Shown here: piece by piece, positions 1 to 10,766 of the stretch
Layout of the letters: each line of letters opens with the position of its first letter
Numbering within the stretch: the stretch's first letter is position 1
Assembly (NCBI RefSeq): GCF_006345805.1
Contig: NC_043002.1
Location: 91,140,001 to 91,204,000 of the forward strand
Direction of reading: 5' to 3'
Length of the DNA stretch: 64,000 nt
Source: Octopus sinensis
Lineage: Eukaryota
Program-made: the position numbers and the translations under genes
Notes under the pieces: generated by a model
Told to the model about the DNA's origin: nothing
Seen by the model: only the letters and a program-made list of their open reading frames with translations
Databases searched by the model: none

Positions 1-290
1 CAGTCATACGTCCTTATGACATTAATACCTTTAGGCAAATAATGACAGTCATACATTCTTATGACTTTAATACCATTAGGGAAGTTATGACAATCACATA
101 TTCATATGACGTTAATGCACTTAGGTGAATTAGTTATGACAGCCATACGTTCTGATGACATATCAGTACTGCTACGGAAGTTATGACAGCCAGGTCTTCA
201 TATGACATTAATACCTTTAGGAAAGTTATAGCAGTTATCCATTCCTACGATATTAATATCCCTAGGATAATTAATTATGACCAATGCATT
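1..290 (+). repeat. Degenerate minisatellite, about 6 units of 44-48 bp (truncated by window start)
   Basis: Recurrent unit like gacagtcatacgtccttatgacattaatacctttaggcaaataat; 'ttatgac' recurs about every 45 bp. Confidence 0.85.
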
Positions 291-799
291 CTTAACCTCA
301 TCTCTGGTGCGTAAATTTGTCACTGTGCAATAGAAACCTAAATATGAGTGGTGTGTATGTATACAAGCTGTTATCTATAAATATATATAAAATATGTAAG
401 CCGTTATTTATCAATGTGTGCTTATGCGTGTGTGTGTTATTTATGAATTTGTGTGTGTATGTGTAAGTGTGTCTCTGTGTAAGAGAGAAAGAGCTGTTAT
501 TTATCAATGTGTATGCGTGTATATACGTCTATGTGTTTGCGTGCGCAAGTTGTTGTTGAAATGTTTTTCACATCATTATTCTGAGTCTATGATCAAAAGC
601 CGTTTACACAGTTCCTTCTGGCTAAAGAACAAAATGAAAATTCTTCCAATTTTTGTTTCCTATACTTCACAGAATTCATAGAAGAGACAAGATATACTTC
701 AAACGTCTCGACGATAGGTGAGAGGTAAAGTATAGCGAAGGTAAGATATTCTGTGAGTAAAACTTTTCCAAGTCATTATAGACAAGCTTCTTATGTTCA

Positions 800-1080
800 A
801 AGTAATGTTTGAAATAATCTTTATCATTGAGACATCTCGTCATTTCTTCCCTCTTTAACATTGAGACATCTCGTCAATTCACCCTGCGTTTTTTTTTTAG
901 CATTGAAACATATCGTCAGCCACAGTATCTTTATCTTAGGAATATCTCGTCTCCATCCCGTTTCACAGTGATATATCTCATCTCCCCTACTTAGCATTGA
1001 GGCATGTCGCCATCTCCCCATCTATTAATAATGAGACAGAAGATTACCCTCGATTTTAACATTGGGACGTTTCATCCTTT
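800..1080 (+). repeat. Degenerate minisatellite, about 31-37 bp unit
   Basis: Recurrent (ttta)cattgagacatctcgtca motif and variants at about 826, 860, 901, 940, 995 and 1060. Confidence 0.65.
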
Positions 1081-1220
1081 TGTAATATACCGTTTGTCAT
1101 GGCTGTCGGAATAATAGAAAAGCGACGAGATGAGATGGCTCCACCATCTTTTATTCGTCATGTGATGCTGTTTCTAAACATACATTGCCAACAAGGGAAC
1201 ATTTACGTAGTCGCTCGATT

Positions 1221-1370
1221 TGCTAGAAATAGTAACCAAATATTTTCCATATTAAATCCTGCCGTCCTAAATAATAAAAGAATACGTTGGATAATGTTAT
1301 TGCTAGAAATATCAGCTAAATCTTCCTCATATTATACCCTGCTGTCTTAAATAAGGAAGAAATACATTGG
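1221..1370 (+). repeat. Diverged 80-bp tandem duplication
   Basis: tgctagaaat...catatta...ctgc..tc.taaataa...aatac.ttgg at 1221-1300 and 1301-1370. Confidence 0.7.
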
Positions 1371-1919
1371 GTCGTAGGTACATTTAAAAGTAGGGTGGTC
1401 CCCACTGGGCTGTTCGATCAAGACCTGCTCGATCAAAGTTGACCTGGTGTTTAGTAACACTACCACTAATAATAACTTGTAGGTAGCAGAGAGTTGCGAT
1501 AACCCCGAACCATATCATAACTCTGATCTGATAGAGGGCGATGCTAGAATCGAAAGAGAAAGACCGCGGAGAGTGAGGCTCCCCTTAGCTCTTGTTAAAG
1601 CATGTCTCTGGAACCTGCATCAAACTCAGGCTGTATCTGTTCCGATTAATCGGCGGTGATTTGGTCAGCGAAACCTCTGCGATGGTCGGCAATCAACGGT
1701 AAGATGTGCTGCTACGAATCATACTATCCCCAAAGTGTGTATGCATGTGACCGAGCGCCACATGTCATAACTTCCGTAAGAGTACTGATATGTCATCAGA
1801 ACGTATGGCTGTCATTAATTAACCTAAGTGCATTAATGTGGTAGTTCGACGTACTATAAATAGCGACTACATGTTCCTCAAATTAGTTTAAGAAGAGAAC
1901 GAGTAAAAACCAAATTTAA

Positions 1920-2135
1920 TCTCGTGATCGTAAGGTTGTGGTTTCGATTCCTGGACCGGGCGATGCGTTGTGTTCTTGAGCAAAATTCCTTCATTTCACG
2001 TTGTTCCAGTCCACTCAGCTGGCAAAAATGAGTAATCCTGCGACGGACCGGCGTCCCGTCCAGATGGGGAATTTCTACGCCACTGAAACCGGGAAACCGG
2101 CACTTATGAGCGTGGCATGGCTCGAGAAAGAACAC
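1920..2135 (+). mobile_element. tRNA-derived SINE family D (5'-truncated)
   Basis: B-box ggtttcgattcc; body ccagtccactcagctggcaaaaatgagta...cctgcgacggaccggcgtcccgtccag (V-SINE-domain-like, inference); second copy at 41397. Confidence 0.75.
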
Positions 2136-3045
2136 TTTAAAAAAAATTATACTAATTTATGCTTTTAAATAGCAGAAATGTTATAATTTCAGGCATTACT
2201 GCCTCATAAGTTTTTGCCTCATAAGTTTTTTTTTTCCTACAACACCAAGACCAATTTTGAGATTTTTTATATTTAAGTATATCTAAATCAAAAATAATGA
2301 AGAAATAAGAAAATTATGCTGCCTAGAAGTTTCATCTACGTATTACTCCCACATATTTTGAAAATACAGTTTTATCGTAACATTTTTTTACCAACCAATT
2401 TCCTATTACAATATTTTAACCTTTTGCCAGTTCAAAGCCTTTTAATAAGTTTGTCAAAAAAGTTTTATTCAGACTTTTAATTAGCCCTTGTTTTATACAT
2501 TCTGATAAGTATAAAACTTTCCTATCGTGCGTTCCAAGTTACTCTGATTGTTGAAAAGAAGAATTAGGAATTTGTATCATGTATGGTGCATGGATGCCAG
2601 GAAAATATGTTCTGTATATCACATGTGGTACACAGGACTGGTAAAAGGTTAAGATGAAGTGGAGCACTCGTTCTTTTCACGTACATTTAAGTTGGTCAAG
2701 AATTGGATGGAGTAGAATTGGTCACGAAAAAGTAAAGGTTGACCATAATACTCGCGCGCGATTAATTTTAATACTAAGGCAAAACTGCAGTTTACAGCAG
2801 ATATGTTAATATTATTTTTCTTTGCAAAAGACCAAAACTAGTTGAATAACTTAAAAAAAAAAAGGATGGTTAAAAAATAGCTCTGTTCTCTTCATTTATA
2901 TTCAACCTTGCTCAGGTAAATATTCTGGAAACTAACCGATTCTTTATAATATAAGAATCAGCAACAACATATATATTACGACTATCACGTTTGTATATAT
3001 AATAAATACTAATAAATTCCGGTACATGCTTGAAAATAATGTATG

Positions 3046-3089
<44 letters not shown>

Positions 3090-3185
3090 GTTTATACACA
3101 CACACACACACATGCACCACCCACACATTATACAGTTATAAATTTCCTATTCAGAAAAGCCCTTAAGTTCTTGTCTATAAGCAGT

Positions 3186-3186
3186 A

Positions 3187-3271
<85 letters not shown>

Positions 3272-3319
3272 TTAATGATAATAATAGTCACTTTGATGGC
3301 ATGAACTGCTCTCTCACTC

Positions 3320-3377
<58 letters not shown>

Positions 3378-3420
3378 TAATAATGTAGTAGTAGTAGTAG
3401 TAGTAGTAGTAGCGATAACG
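3186..3420 (+). repeat. (TAA)n/(TAG)n microsatellite carrying the 3' end of a TAA-tailed retroelement (3287-3320)
   Basis: gtcactttgatggcatgaactgctctctcactc between AAT tracts matches the element end at about 39563-39597. Confidence 0.85.
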
Positions 3421-3986
3421 AACACTGAACAATAACGAATATAAAGTATATATTTGATATACAGTTGCAATAAATAAAATGAATAGATAAAGAAAATGGA
3501 AGCCGCGCACAGTTCAATCGAACAAACTACTGGCAAAATGTATTCCATGAATCTAATGCATTCTGGGCATAGAATAAACGAACACCGTATAAAACAAAAC
3601 AGACGAACAAAACCTAGTAGGCATTATACCCAAACATGAACCAGCTTTAATAATATCATGCAAAAATATACCAGGATTGTCTTTATATATTTAACGAAGT
3701 CATAACGCTTCACGCTACTGAATAAATTTTACTTAGACTATAATGTTGCTTACGAATTCAAGCGCAAACATGGAAGTTGTAAACACTATGAATGTAACTG
3801 TTATATTGGACACTCCAGAATTTGCTTTTCTTGCTAGTTGGCCACGCATCCATAAAACGGAGTCATTGCATTACTTTATGTTAACGCAACACAAGGCAAA
3901 TTTCAACACAAGACTGTCCTCATAGTTATAGCTTACTTTCATACAAGAAGGCTGGTCATGTACTTTGTATTGATAACAAAATATAC

Positions 3987-4420
3987 GGATTTTTTTCGGT
4001 TTGAACGGCAGTTTTTTCAAGCGGTGTCATATGAAATTGTCACCCATAATTATGACCCTAGTGTCGATCTATTGCATTTCAATCTGTTTTAGTGTTAGGG
4101 TTAGTTAGGGTTACGGTTAGGGGTGGGGAAGGGTATCTTTTTTTCTTCACAAATGTAAATAAACCCAACCTGTTTCTTAAACGAGGAACATATTCATACG
4201 GCACGGAATGTTTTTTTTACCTCAATAGACGTCAGTGATTAGTTGAAATTGCAGAAATTGAAGAAAACAAAACAACAAATATCTTAGAAACCATAGAATT
4301 TTCTCAATAAAGCCAAGAAAAAAAGATGCTTTATAAACACATTCTACCAGGATACGAAGTTTAATATTTTTTAGTTACCTAGAAATTATGTTAAAACTGC
4401 CGTTCAAACCGAAAAGATCC
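3987..4420 (+). mobile_element. MITE copy 1: about 28-bp TIR, 8-bp TSD, internal TTAGGG-like tract
   Basis: Ends ggat(t)ttttcggtttgaacggcagtttt / aaaactgccgttcaaaccgaaaagatcc; TSD aaatatac at 3979-3986 and 4421-4428. Confidence 0.92.
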
Positions 4421-4758
4421 AAATATACTGTAAAACTCTATAGAATGCTAGCATATAGGGTAACTGTAGTAATAGATACATGACCTGAAAGTGTTCCCGC
4501 ATACTAACTCTTCGTAGAGTTAGTCTGCGGGAAAATGTCTACGTGGTAGTTGAGCCTACGGAGAATAGAGACTAAACTACCCTTAATTTTCACCGATAGA
4601 CAATATAGACTTAGATTCAATGTGTCCGAAAAACGGTGAGGTGGTCACGCTTAGAATATGCTTGTCATGAGTCTGTTGAACAAAAGTTGAATTGGAACTA
4701 AATAAAAATATCTGTATTAAACAGGGTAGGCCAAAAGTCACGCTCCGAGAGTCATTTA

Positions 4759-4950
4759 AGGCGGGAAGCTGGCAGAATCGATAGCACGCCAAGGAAATTG
4801 CTTAGCGACATTTCATCTGTCTTTACTTTCTGGGTTCAAATTCCACTGAGGTCGACTTTGTCTTTCATCCTTGCGTGGTCAGTAAAATAAGTACCAGTTG
4901 ACTTTATCACTTCCTCCGAAAGTGCTGGCTTTGTGCCAAAATTTGAATCC
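4759..4950 (+). mobile_element. tRNA-derived SINE family A (diverged)
   Basis: gctggcagaatcg head, gggttcaaattcc B-box, gtcgactttgtctttcatcc core. Confidence 0.75.
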
Positions 4951-5101
4951 AATACATGATGTACATTTTAAAAGCATCACCTTTTATTTGATTAGAAAGC
5001 GAAACAAATAAGAAAGTGTCAGCAGTATGATCAGAAGTCTTTAAAATGTTCAGTCTGCAGCCTCTATTATTCGTCACATAGTTGTACAAGGAACGCCAAT
5101 T

Positions 5102-5532
5102 GGATCTTTTCGGTTTGAACGGGAGTTTTTAACATAATTTCTAGGTAACTTGAAAATTTTAAACTTCGTATACTGGTAGAATGTGTTTATTAAACATCTT
5201 TTTCTCTTGGCTTTATTGAGAAAATTCTATAGTTTATAAGATGTTTGTTGTTTTATTTCTTCAATTTCTGCAATTTCAACCAATCAATGACGTCCATTGA
5301 GGTAAAAAAAACAATCTGTGCCGTATGAATATGTCCCTTGTTGAAGAAACAGATTGGGTTTATTTACATTTGTGAAGGAAAAAAGATACCTTTCCCCGCA
5401 CCCCTAACCCCAACACTAACCCTAACCCTAAAACAGATTGAAATGCAATAGATCGATACTAGGGTCATAATTATGGGTGACAATTTCATATGACACCGCT
5501 AGAAAAAACTGCCGTTCAAACCGAAAAGATCC
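5102..5532 (-). mobile_element. MITE copy 2, inverted relative to copy 1
   Basis: Same TIRs; TSD cgccaatt at 5094-5101 and 5533-5540; ccctaaccc tract. Confidence 0.92.
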
Positions 5533-5900
5533 CGCCAATTTCCTGCAATGATTTTCACACTGATTTCTTTGGACTTTTTGAAAGCTTGTTTATGACAGAT
5601 ACACGCGTCTCGTGTGATACCATTGGCAGCTACTTCGGTATTTGTCTTACACACTGCTTGTTGCACAAAATTTTAGGACTAATCGGCCAACACTGTTGTA
5701 TGTGATATGGCTTTTCCAGGATGCTTTTGGCTGAAGGTGCCGCCGACGGCTCTACTTGTTGCTCCATCATGGTCGGAGAGCAAAATCCGTTCCATACGCT
5801 CCGGAATTTTGAAAGACATGCTTCCATTTTTTTTAAACTGAGTAAAATAACAAGAATATGAATACACACGTACTTGTACACGATGAACAAAATAAATAAT

Positions 5901-6097
5901 GGTTTCATACTTTGACATACGGCCAGCAATATCAGGAGAGGGGGTAAGTCGATTACATTGACCTCGGCACTCAACTAATACTGATTTTATCGACACCGAA
6001 AGGAGGCAAAGTAAAGCTGACCTCGGCAGAATTTGAACTCAGAACGTAAAAATGGACGAAATACCACTAAGCATTTTGCCCGGCGTGCTAACAATTC
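5901..6097 (-). mobile_element. SINE family A, tail type 2
   Basis: Reverse complement of family A body; gaatttgaactcag is the B-box. Confidence 0.8.
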
Positions 6098-6330
6098 TTA
6101 TTTCTTTATTGCCCACAAGGGGCTAAACACAGAGGGGACAAACAAGGACAGACAAAGGGATTAAGTCGATTACATGGACCCCAGTGCGTAACTAGTACTT
6201 AATTTATCGACCCAGAAAGGATGAAAGGCAAAGTCAACCTCGGCGGAATTTGAACTCAGAACGTAACGGCAGACGAAATACCACTAAGCATTTTGTCCGG
6301 CGTGCTAACAATTCTGCCAGCTCGCCACCT
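6098..6330 (-). mobile_element. SINE family A, tail type 1 (full length)
   Basis: Complete reverse-complement match to 6617-6847. Confidence 0.88.
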
Positions 6331-6332
6331 GA

Positions 6333-6552
6333 AGTAGTTTCAAAATTTGACACAAGGCCAGTAACTCGGGGTAGGGAACAAGTAAATTACATCGACTCCA
6401 ATGTTCAACTGGTACTTCTCTTATCGACCCAGGAAAAATTGAAAGGGAAATTGGACATGGACGAAATTTTTGTACTCAGAAAGTTAAGACGAACGAAATG
6501 CCACTATGCATTTCGCCAGGAGTGCTAATGATTCTGCCAGTTCGTTGCCCTT
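6333..6552 (-). mobile_element. SINE family A, tail type 2 (old copy)
   Basis: Diverged reverse-complement match; ctgccagttcgttgcc head. Confidence 0.7.
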
Positions 6553-6616
6553 ATGAACAAAAGGAAAAAAAAAAAACCCTAGAAAGACTTCCACTGTATA
6601 ACGATATAATTATAAA

Positions 6617-6847
6617 GGTGGCGAGCTGGCAGAAACGTTAGCACGCCGGGCGAAATGCGTAACCGTATTTCGTCTGCCGGTACGTTCAGAGTTCAAATCA
6701 CGCCGAGGTCGACTTTGCCTTTCATCCTTTCGGGGTCGATAAATTAAGTACCAGTTACGCAGTGGGGTCGATGTAATCGACTTAATCCGTTTGTCTGTCC
6801 TTGTTTGTCCTCTCTGTGTTTAGCCCCTTGTGGGTAGTAAAGAAATA
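6617..6847 (+). mobile_element. SINE family A (full length); Meta-domain-like central core
   Basis: A-box-like tggcagaaacg, B-box gagttcaaatc; core gactttgcctttcatcctttcggggtcgataaattaagtaccag resembles the MetaSINE domain (inference). Confidence 0.9.
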
Positions 6848-6858
6848 GGTATTATAAA

Positions 6859-7089
6859 GGCGGCGAGCTGGCAGAAACGTTAGCACGCCGGGCGAAATGC
6901 GTAACCGTATTTCGTCTGCCGGTACGTTCAGAGTTCAAATCACGCCGAGGTCGACTTTGCCTTTCATCCTTTCGGGGTCGATAAATTAAGTACCAGTTAC
7001 GCACTGGGGTCGATGTAATCGACTTAATCCGTTTGTCTGTCCTTGTTTGTCCCCTCTATGTTTAGCCCCTTGTGGGCAATAAAGAAACA
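6859..7089 (+). mobile_element. SINE family A, tandem second copy
   Basis: Nearly identical to 6617-6847. Confidence 0.9.
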
Positions 7090-7564
7090 GATATAGTCAT
7101 TCTTTTGATTGATTGATTGTGTGTGCGTGTGTGTACGTGCTTGTGTGTGTGTGTGTGCTTGTAAGTATTTCAACAGAGACAGCACAACCACATGCTTTAA
7201 GAAAAGACTTTCACTATAATGACAAGTTGCCGTTGTAGTTATTTTTGTTCTTGTTATTGTTGTTGTAGTTGAAAGAGAAAATTCAGGGAGACTGTATGAA
7301 GGATAGAATTAAAATTTGCTTCAAGAACAATGATGTTGTTGAGAAAGAAATACTGTGACAGAGAGAGAGAGAGAGAGGGGGGGTAAATAGAGAGAGAAAG
7401 AGGAGAGAGAGTGTGTATATGTGTATACATAAGTATGCAGTTGCCATCATAATAACTAACGAACCTTTCCACTATATAACAGTCTATTAGTAAAAGAAAG
7501 TACGTGCGTGTTTAACAAATATTTTTACCGGCAGCGTAGCGACAGATAAAAAAAAAAAAATTTT

Positions 7565-7970
7565 CTTTTTCTTTACTTGTTTCAGTAATTTGACTGCGGC
7601 CATGCTGGAGCACCGCCTTTTAGTCGAGCAACTCGACCCCAGGACTTATTCTTTTTGTAAGCCCAGTACTTACTCTATCGGTCTCTTTTTGCCGAACCGC
7701 TAAGTAACGGGGACGTAAACACACCAGCATCGGTTGTCAAGCAATGCTAGGGGAACAAACACAGACACACAAACACACACACATACATATATATATATAC
7801 ATATATACGACAGGCTTCTTTCAGTTTCCGTCTACCAAATCCACTCACAAGGCATTGGTCGGCCCGGGGCTATAGCAGAAGACACTTGCCCAAGATGCCA
7901 CGCAGTGGGACTGAACCCGGAACTATGAGGTTGGTTAGGAAGCTACTTACCACACAGCCACTCCTGCGCC
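7565..7970 (-). mobile_element. tRNA-derived SINE family B (full length, internal TA/CA microsatellite)
   Basis: Reverse complement of ggcgcaggagtggctgtgtggtaagtagct...gggttcagtccc...gaaacaagtaaa; matches 51659-52073. Confidence 0.9.
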
Positions 7971-8045
7971 TTAGTATGAATAAAATGACAAACGTTTTGG
8001 TGCGTGATTCATGGTTCACCTTGTATCCTAAATATTCTTGTAAAT

Positions 8046-8093
8046 TTTACTCGTTTCAGTCATTCGACTCCGGCCATGCTGGAGCACTGCCTT
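8046..8093 (-). mobile_element. SINE family B 3' fragment
   Basis: tttcagtcattcgactccggccatgctggagcactgcc. Confidence 0.65.
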
Positions 8094-8608
8094 AGATAGA
8101 CTATACTAATTTTTTTAATATTATACACCCAGTATATTATATAACATCAATTATAAGAAACATTATATGACAATAGAATAAGTATAAAACTAAATAAACA
8201 ATGTTGAGGTTAGTTGACCTATGTTTTTAGTCTCATTGTAATAAGAACAGACATAGGCAAACCACAGGTACCAGCCTGGTAAAAACTTATTTGCACATTT
8301 CTCGATGCTTCTACATTCGCGTATTACACGTAAAGACGAGCGATCTTTTGTAACCCAACACACATGTGTATGTATAGTGGTTAGGCTGTTGCACTCACGA
8401 TCTAGCGATCGTGTGTTCGATTCCATGACTGTCCCAGATTTCATGGAATCATAGATGTCCCAGATTAGAAAATAGGGGTTCCAGTCTAAAAAATAAGGAT
8501 TCTAGACCCCTATTTGAACTCCATTTGTGGATGTACCATAGTCATACAGTTTTAAATAAGATAGCTAGAGAGCAGTTGTGGAGGGAGTATGTTAAAGCTG
8601 GGATTTTA

Positions 8609-9291
8609 GGTACTATTTAAGAAGAGTGGCTCCGGTGTGCGCACTCGCGTACTCGCGCTAGCTAGTCGTGACTAGTCGATCCTACAACGACTACCTAGCA
8701 AAGTAAATAAAGCAAAAAGACAGAAAATAAATAATTTTTTTGGCGATCTTTCGTCTCTAGTAGACCTTTCCGTCGATTTCCGTAAAAAACATTTATTTTT
8801 TTACATATGGGCTTGCGGGAACTTTTGAAGTAATGAGAGCGAGAGAGACTAAGAGAAAGCGATTGTATGACGAGGGAAGTTCTTTTGAAGTTACCGTGCA
8901 TGGGAGCATTGATGTATATGTGTGTGTGTGTGTGTTTGATGGGGTGTGGGAGACGGACAGTATGTTGTGTAAGTGAAGTGCTTCTGTTAGTGTGTGTGAA
9001 GAGACAGAGTAATGTGTGAAAGAAAGAGATAACTGAAAGTTTTTACTCGGTGTATGTGTATATGTATGTATATTACTTCAAAAGTACCCGCAAGCCCATA
9101 TGTAAAAAAAAAATTTTTTTACGGAAATCGACGGAAAGGTGTACTAGAGACGAAAGATCGCCATTTTTTTACACAAAGTAAAACATTTTTTAAACAAAAT
9201 ACAAAAACACAAAGGACTAGTCACGACTAGCTAACGCGGATGCGCGAGTACGCGAATGCGCGCACCGAGACTACTCTTCTTAAATAGTACC
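8609..9291. mobile_element. Non-autonomous DNA transposon with about 220-bp TIRs
   Basis: ggtactatttaagaagagt...ttttgaagtaat (8609-8833) inverted at about 9072-9291; flanks ggatttta/agattttt are a possible decayed 8-bp TSD. Confidence 0.88.
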
Positions 9292-9721
9292 AGATTTTTT
9301 ACATACACATACACATATGGTATATGGAGAATGGAGATAACTGAATGAATGCGTGCCTGTTATTTGTAGGTTTGTTTGTATATCGATATATATACACGCG
9401 CATGTATATAAGAAATATATAATGGCAGGATATTATCTGTTTCAAAAACCATAATTCAACGTGATAATAAAACATTTGTACACGGAATGAAGTTGTAATT
9501 ATCTGGCGTCGTTCTTGGTTTTACCATTTTTATTATGAATAAACACACTAGCTACAACAACAATAGCGACAACATGTACATATAAAGCAGTTACTTCACA
9601 CATGTCAAAATCATTAGCAACAGACCACCTACATTACAATGGCTTCGCAAAGTATAGAACCAGTTCAGCTAATAATAAGCCCTATGTAAACCTAACAGCG
9701 CTTAACTGTGGACTGACGGTA

Positions 9722-9852
9722 CGTGGAGAGAGGGGGAGGGGGAGAGAGAGAGGGGGGGGAGAGAGAGAGACGAAAAGGGACGAAGGAAGAGGGAAGGAGG
9801 AAGGAAGAGAAGAGAAGAGAAGAGAAGAGAAGAGAAGAGAAGAGAGAGGAGA
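9722..9852 (+). repeat. Polypurine (GA)n/(GAAGA)n tract
   Basis: Direct reading. Confidence 0.9.
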
Positions 9853-10005
9853 TGAGTTGCTAGTGAAAGGTAGTTTATAACCCGGAACAGAATCGGTTCC
9901 GGTTTTAAATCCGGCTGACACGACAGTAGTTGTGTGATATATGAGACATAAACAGCCGTGAGAACTGACAACCATTTTCCTTACTTCCTAAATCTAGTTA
10001 TCAAA

Positions 10006-10007
10006 TC

Positions 10008-10054
<47 letters not shown>

Positions 10055-10133
10055 TAATTAATGATAATAATAATAATAATAATAATTAATGACAATAATA
10101 ACAATAATAATAATAATAATAATAATGATGATG

Positions 10134-10170
<37 letters not shown>

Positions 10171-10171
10171 C

Positions 10172-10212
<41 letters not shown>

Positions 10213-10447
10213 TAATAATAACAATAATAACAATAATAATAATAATAATAATAACAATAATAATAATAATAATAATAATAATGATAATAATAACAATAAT
10301 AATAATAAGAAGAAGAAGAACAACAACAACATCAATAATAATAATGATAATAATAATGATGATGATGATAGTGATGATGATGATGATGACGACGACGACG
10401 ACGACTACGACGACGATGATGATGATGATGACGATGATGATGATGAT
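10006..10447 (+). repeat. Composite trinucleotide array (AAT/AAC/AAG/GAT/GAC)
   Basis: Direct reading; poly-N/D/I ORFs here are artefacts. Confidence 0.95.
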
Positions 10448-10766
10448 TTCTTTATTAATCACAAGGGTTTACATTAAGAAAAACATGGACAGCGCAGGAC
10501 AAAACAAAGAATGTGTGTGTATGTGTGTGAGTGTGTGTTGTGAGGGTTTTTGCGTGTAAGCAAAACTAATTTTTTTTTTCTTTTTAGATCAACAATGTGT
10601 AATACTCAATAGCAGAAGATTGAAACAAAACCCCATAACAAAATGTACTGATACAATATACCCCAAGCAAAAAATAATAATAATAAATAAATGCAGCACA
10701 TACTACCACCCCACCAGCACAGAGGTGCCACAAATGAAGCAACAGAAAGTTGCCTGAAACTTTCAG

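Noticed and set aside
142-180. CTGATGA...GGAAG in the minisatellite as a hammerhead
   Set aside because: No stem II, no GAAA and no stem III or cleavage triplet
1-290. CRISPR-like repeat/spacer array
   Set aside because: Units are contiguous and degenerate with no unique spacers; eukaryotic context and no cas genes
10061-10477. Poly-Asn/Asp ORF and similar poly-I/L/Y, HTYI and MYVC ORFs across the window (e.g. 61473-62789)
   Set aside because: Translations of microsatellites; open in several frames with no unique coding content
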